DNA of 63,331 nucleotides, filler included, from Octopus bimaculoides (Eukaryota), in NCBI RefSeq assembly GCF_001194135.2. It is 8 parts of 7 records of this genome, joined end to end, with 100 filler letters (N's around TTAATTAATTAA, not from the genome) between each part and the next. Parts side by side here need not be neighbours in the genome. Positions count along the whole stretch, not along the records: positions 61,316 to 63,331 come from NW_026303683.1; 7 more parts are not named here. One strand, 5' to 3'. Shown piece after piece: positions 62,831-63,331 of this stretch (position 1 is the first letter of the stretch; every line of letters starts with the position of its first letter). A model generated the notes under the pieces. The model did not search any database and was not told the origin of the DNA. It saw only the letters and a program-made list of their open reading frames with translations. The position numbers were made by a program, and so were the translations under genes.

Positions 62831-63331
62831 TATGAAGCTTTGTTCTTCCCGCTTTCGATGGACCATCGAGCCTAGGGAGATATCGCATGATTTGCTGATA
62901 TGATCAAGATCTATGTCATGAGCCTACACCCAAGGTAGATCTATTCCTAGCGTGTCCTCATCCTCCACTGTCCTCTATTAAGTCTTGAGAAAGCTATGTC
63001 ACCTCCGTACGCCCCACCTTTGGATTCTACGTATTGGCCTTTTTCTGGGTTAGCTTAGCGTATAGCCGAGTATCTACCGCCGCGTTGCCCGGCGATACTA
63101 TCCCATATATTACTCATCTCTTTCCATGGATTATGAGACAACAGATTACAGATTTTACTGCTAATGTTATTTATCAGCTTTTAAAAAAATATAGGTGAGT
63201 AGCTGAAATCTGTATTAAAATACCTAAGCTTTTCGTGTGTATGTATGTATGTACGTATATATGTATGCATGTATGTATTGTTTATAAACAATACAGATCA
63301 CTACGACCATCAACAGGTCAATGTCAGGACA

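Overview
This is a eukaryotic, AT-rich window saturated with microsatellites and broken by N gaps. The SINE/LINE content and simple-repeat load look like an octopod cephalopod draft assembly, probably Octopus (inference, not a database result). I can support only one host protein-coding exon: 36552-37505 (+), 318 uninterrupted codons with six hydrophobic segments, ending at a phase-0 GTAAGT donor. Its layout fits the insect gustatory-receptor-like (GR/GRL, 7TM ion channel) superfamily. I could not find the TM7 exon(s). Nearly everything else is transposon-derived: tRNA-head SINEs; RTE, CR1-like, Tx1/L1 and Dong/R4-like LINE fragments; two Penelope-like RT fragments; four Tc1/mariner remnants; a MULE fragment; and MITEs. 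The most interesting unexplained structures are (i) an inverted pair of minimal type-I hammerhead ribozyme motifs at 46590-46739, with more degenerate relatives elsewhere; (ii) three unrelated Tc1/mariner remnants, each rearranged so the same terminal segment occurs at both ends; (iii) several 100-150 bp-arm foldback elements; and (iv) Dong/R4-like copies that always sit in (TACA)n arrays. Most long ORFs in the supplied track are microsatellite or N-gap artefacts. All alignments and folds were done by eye, and coordinates of degenerate repeats are approximate.
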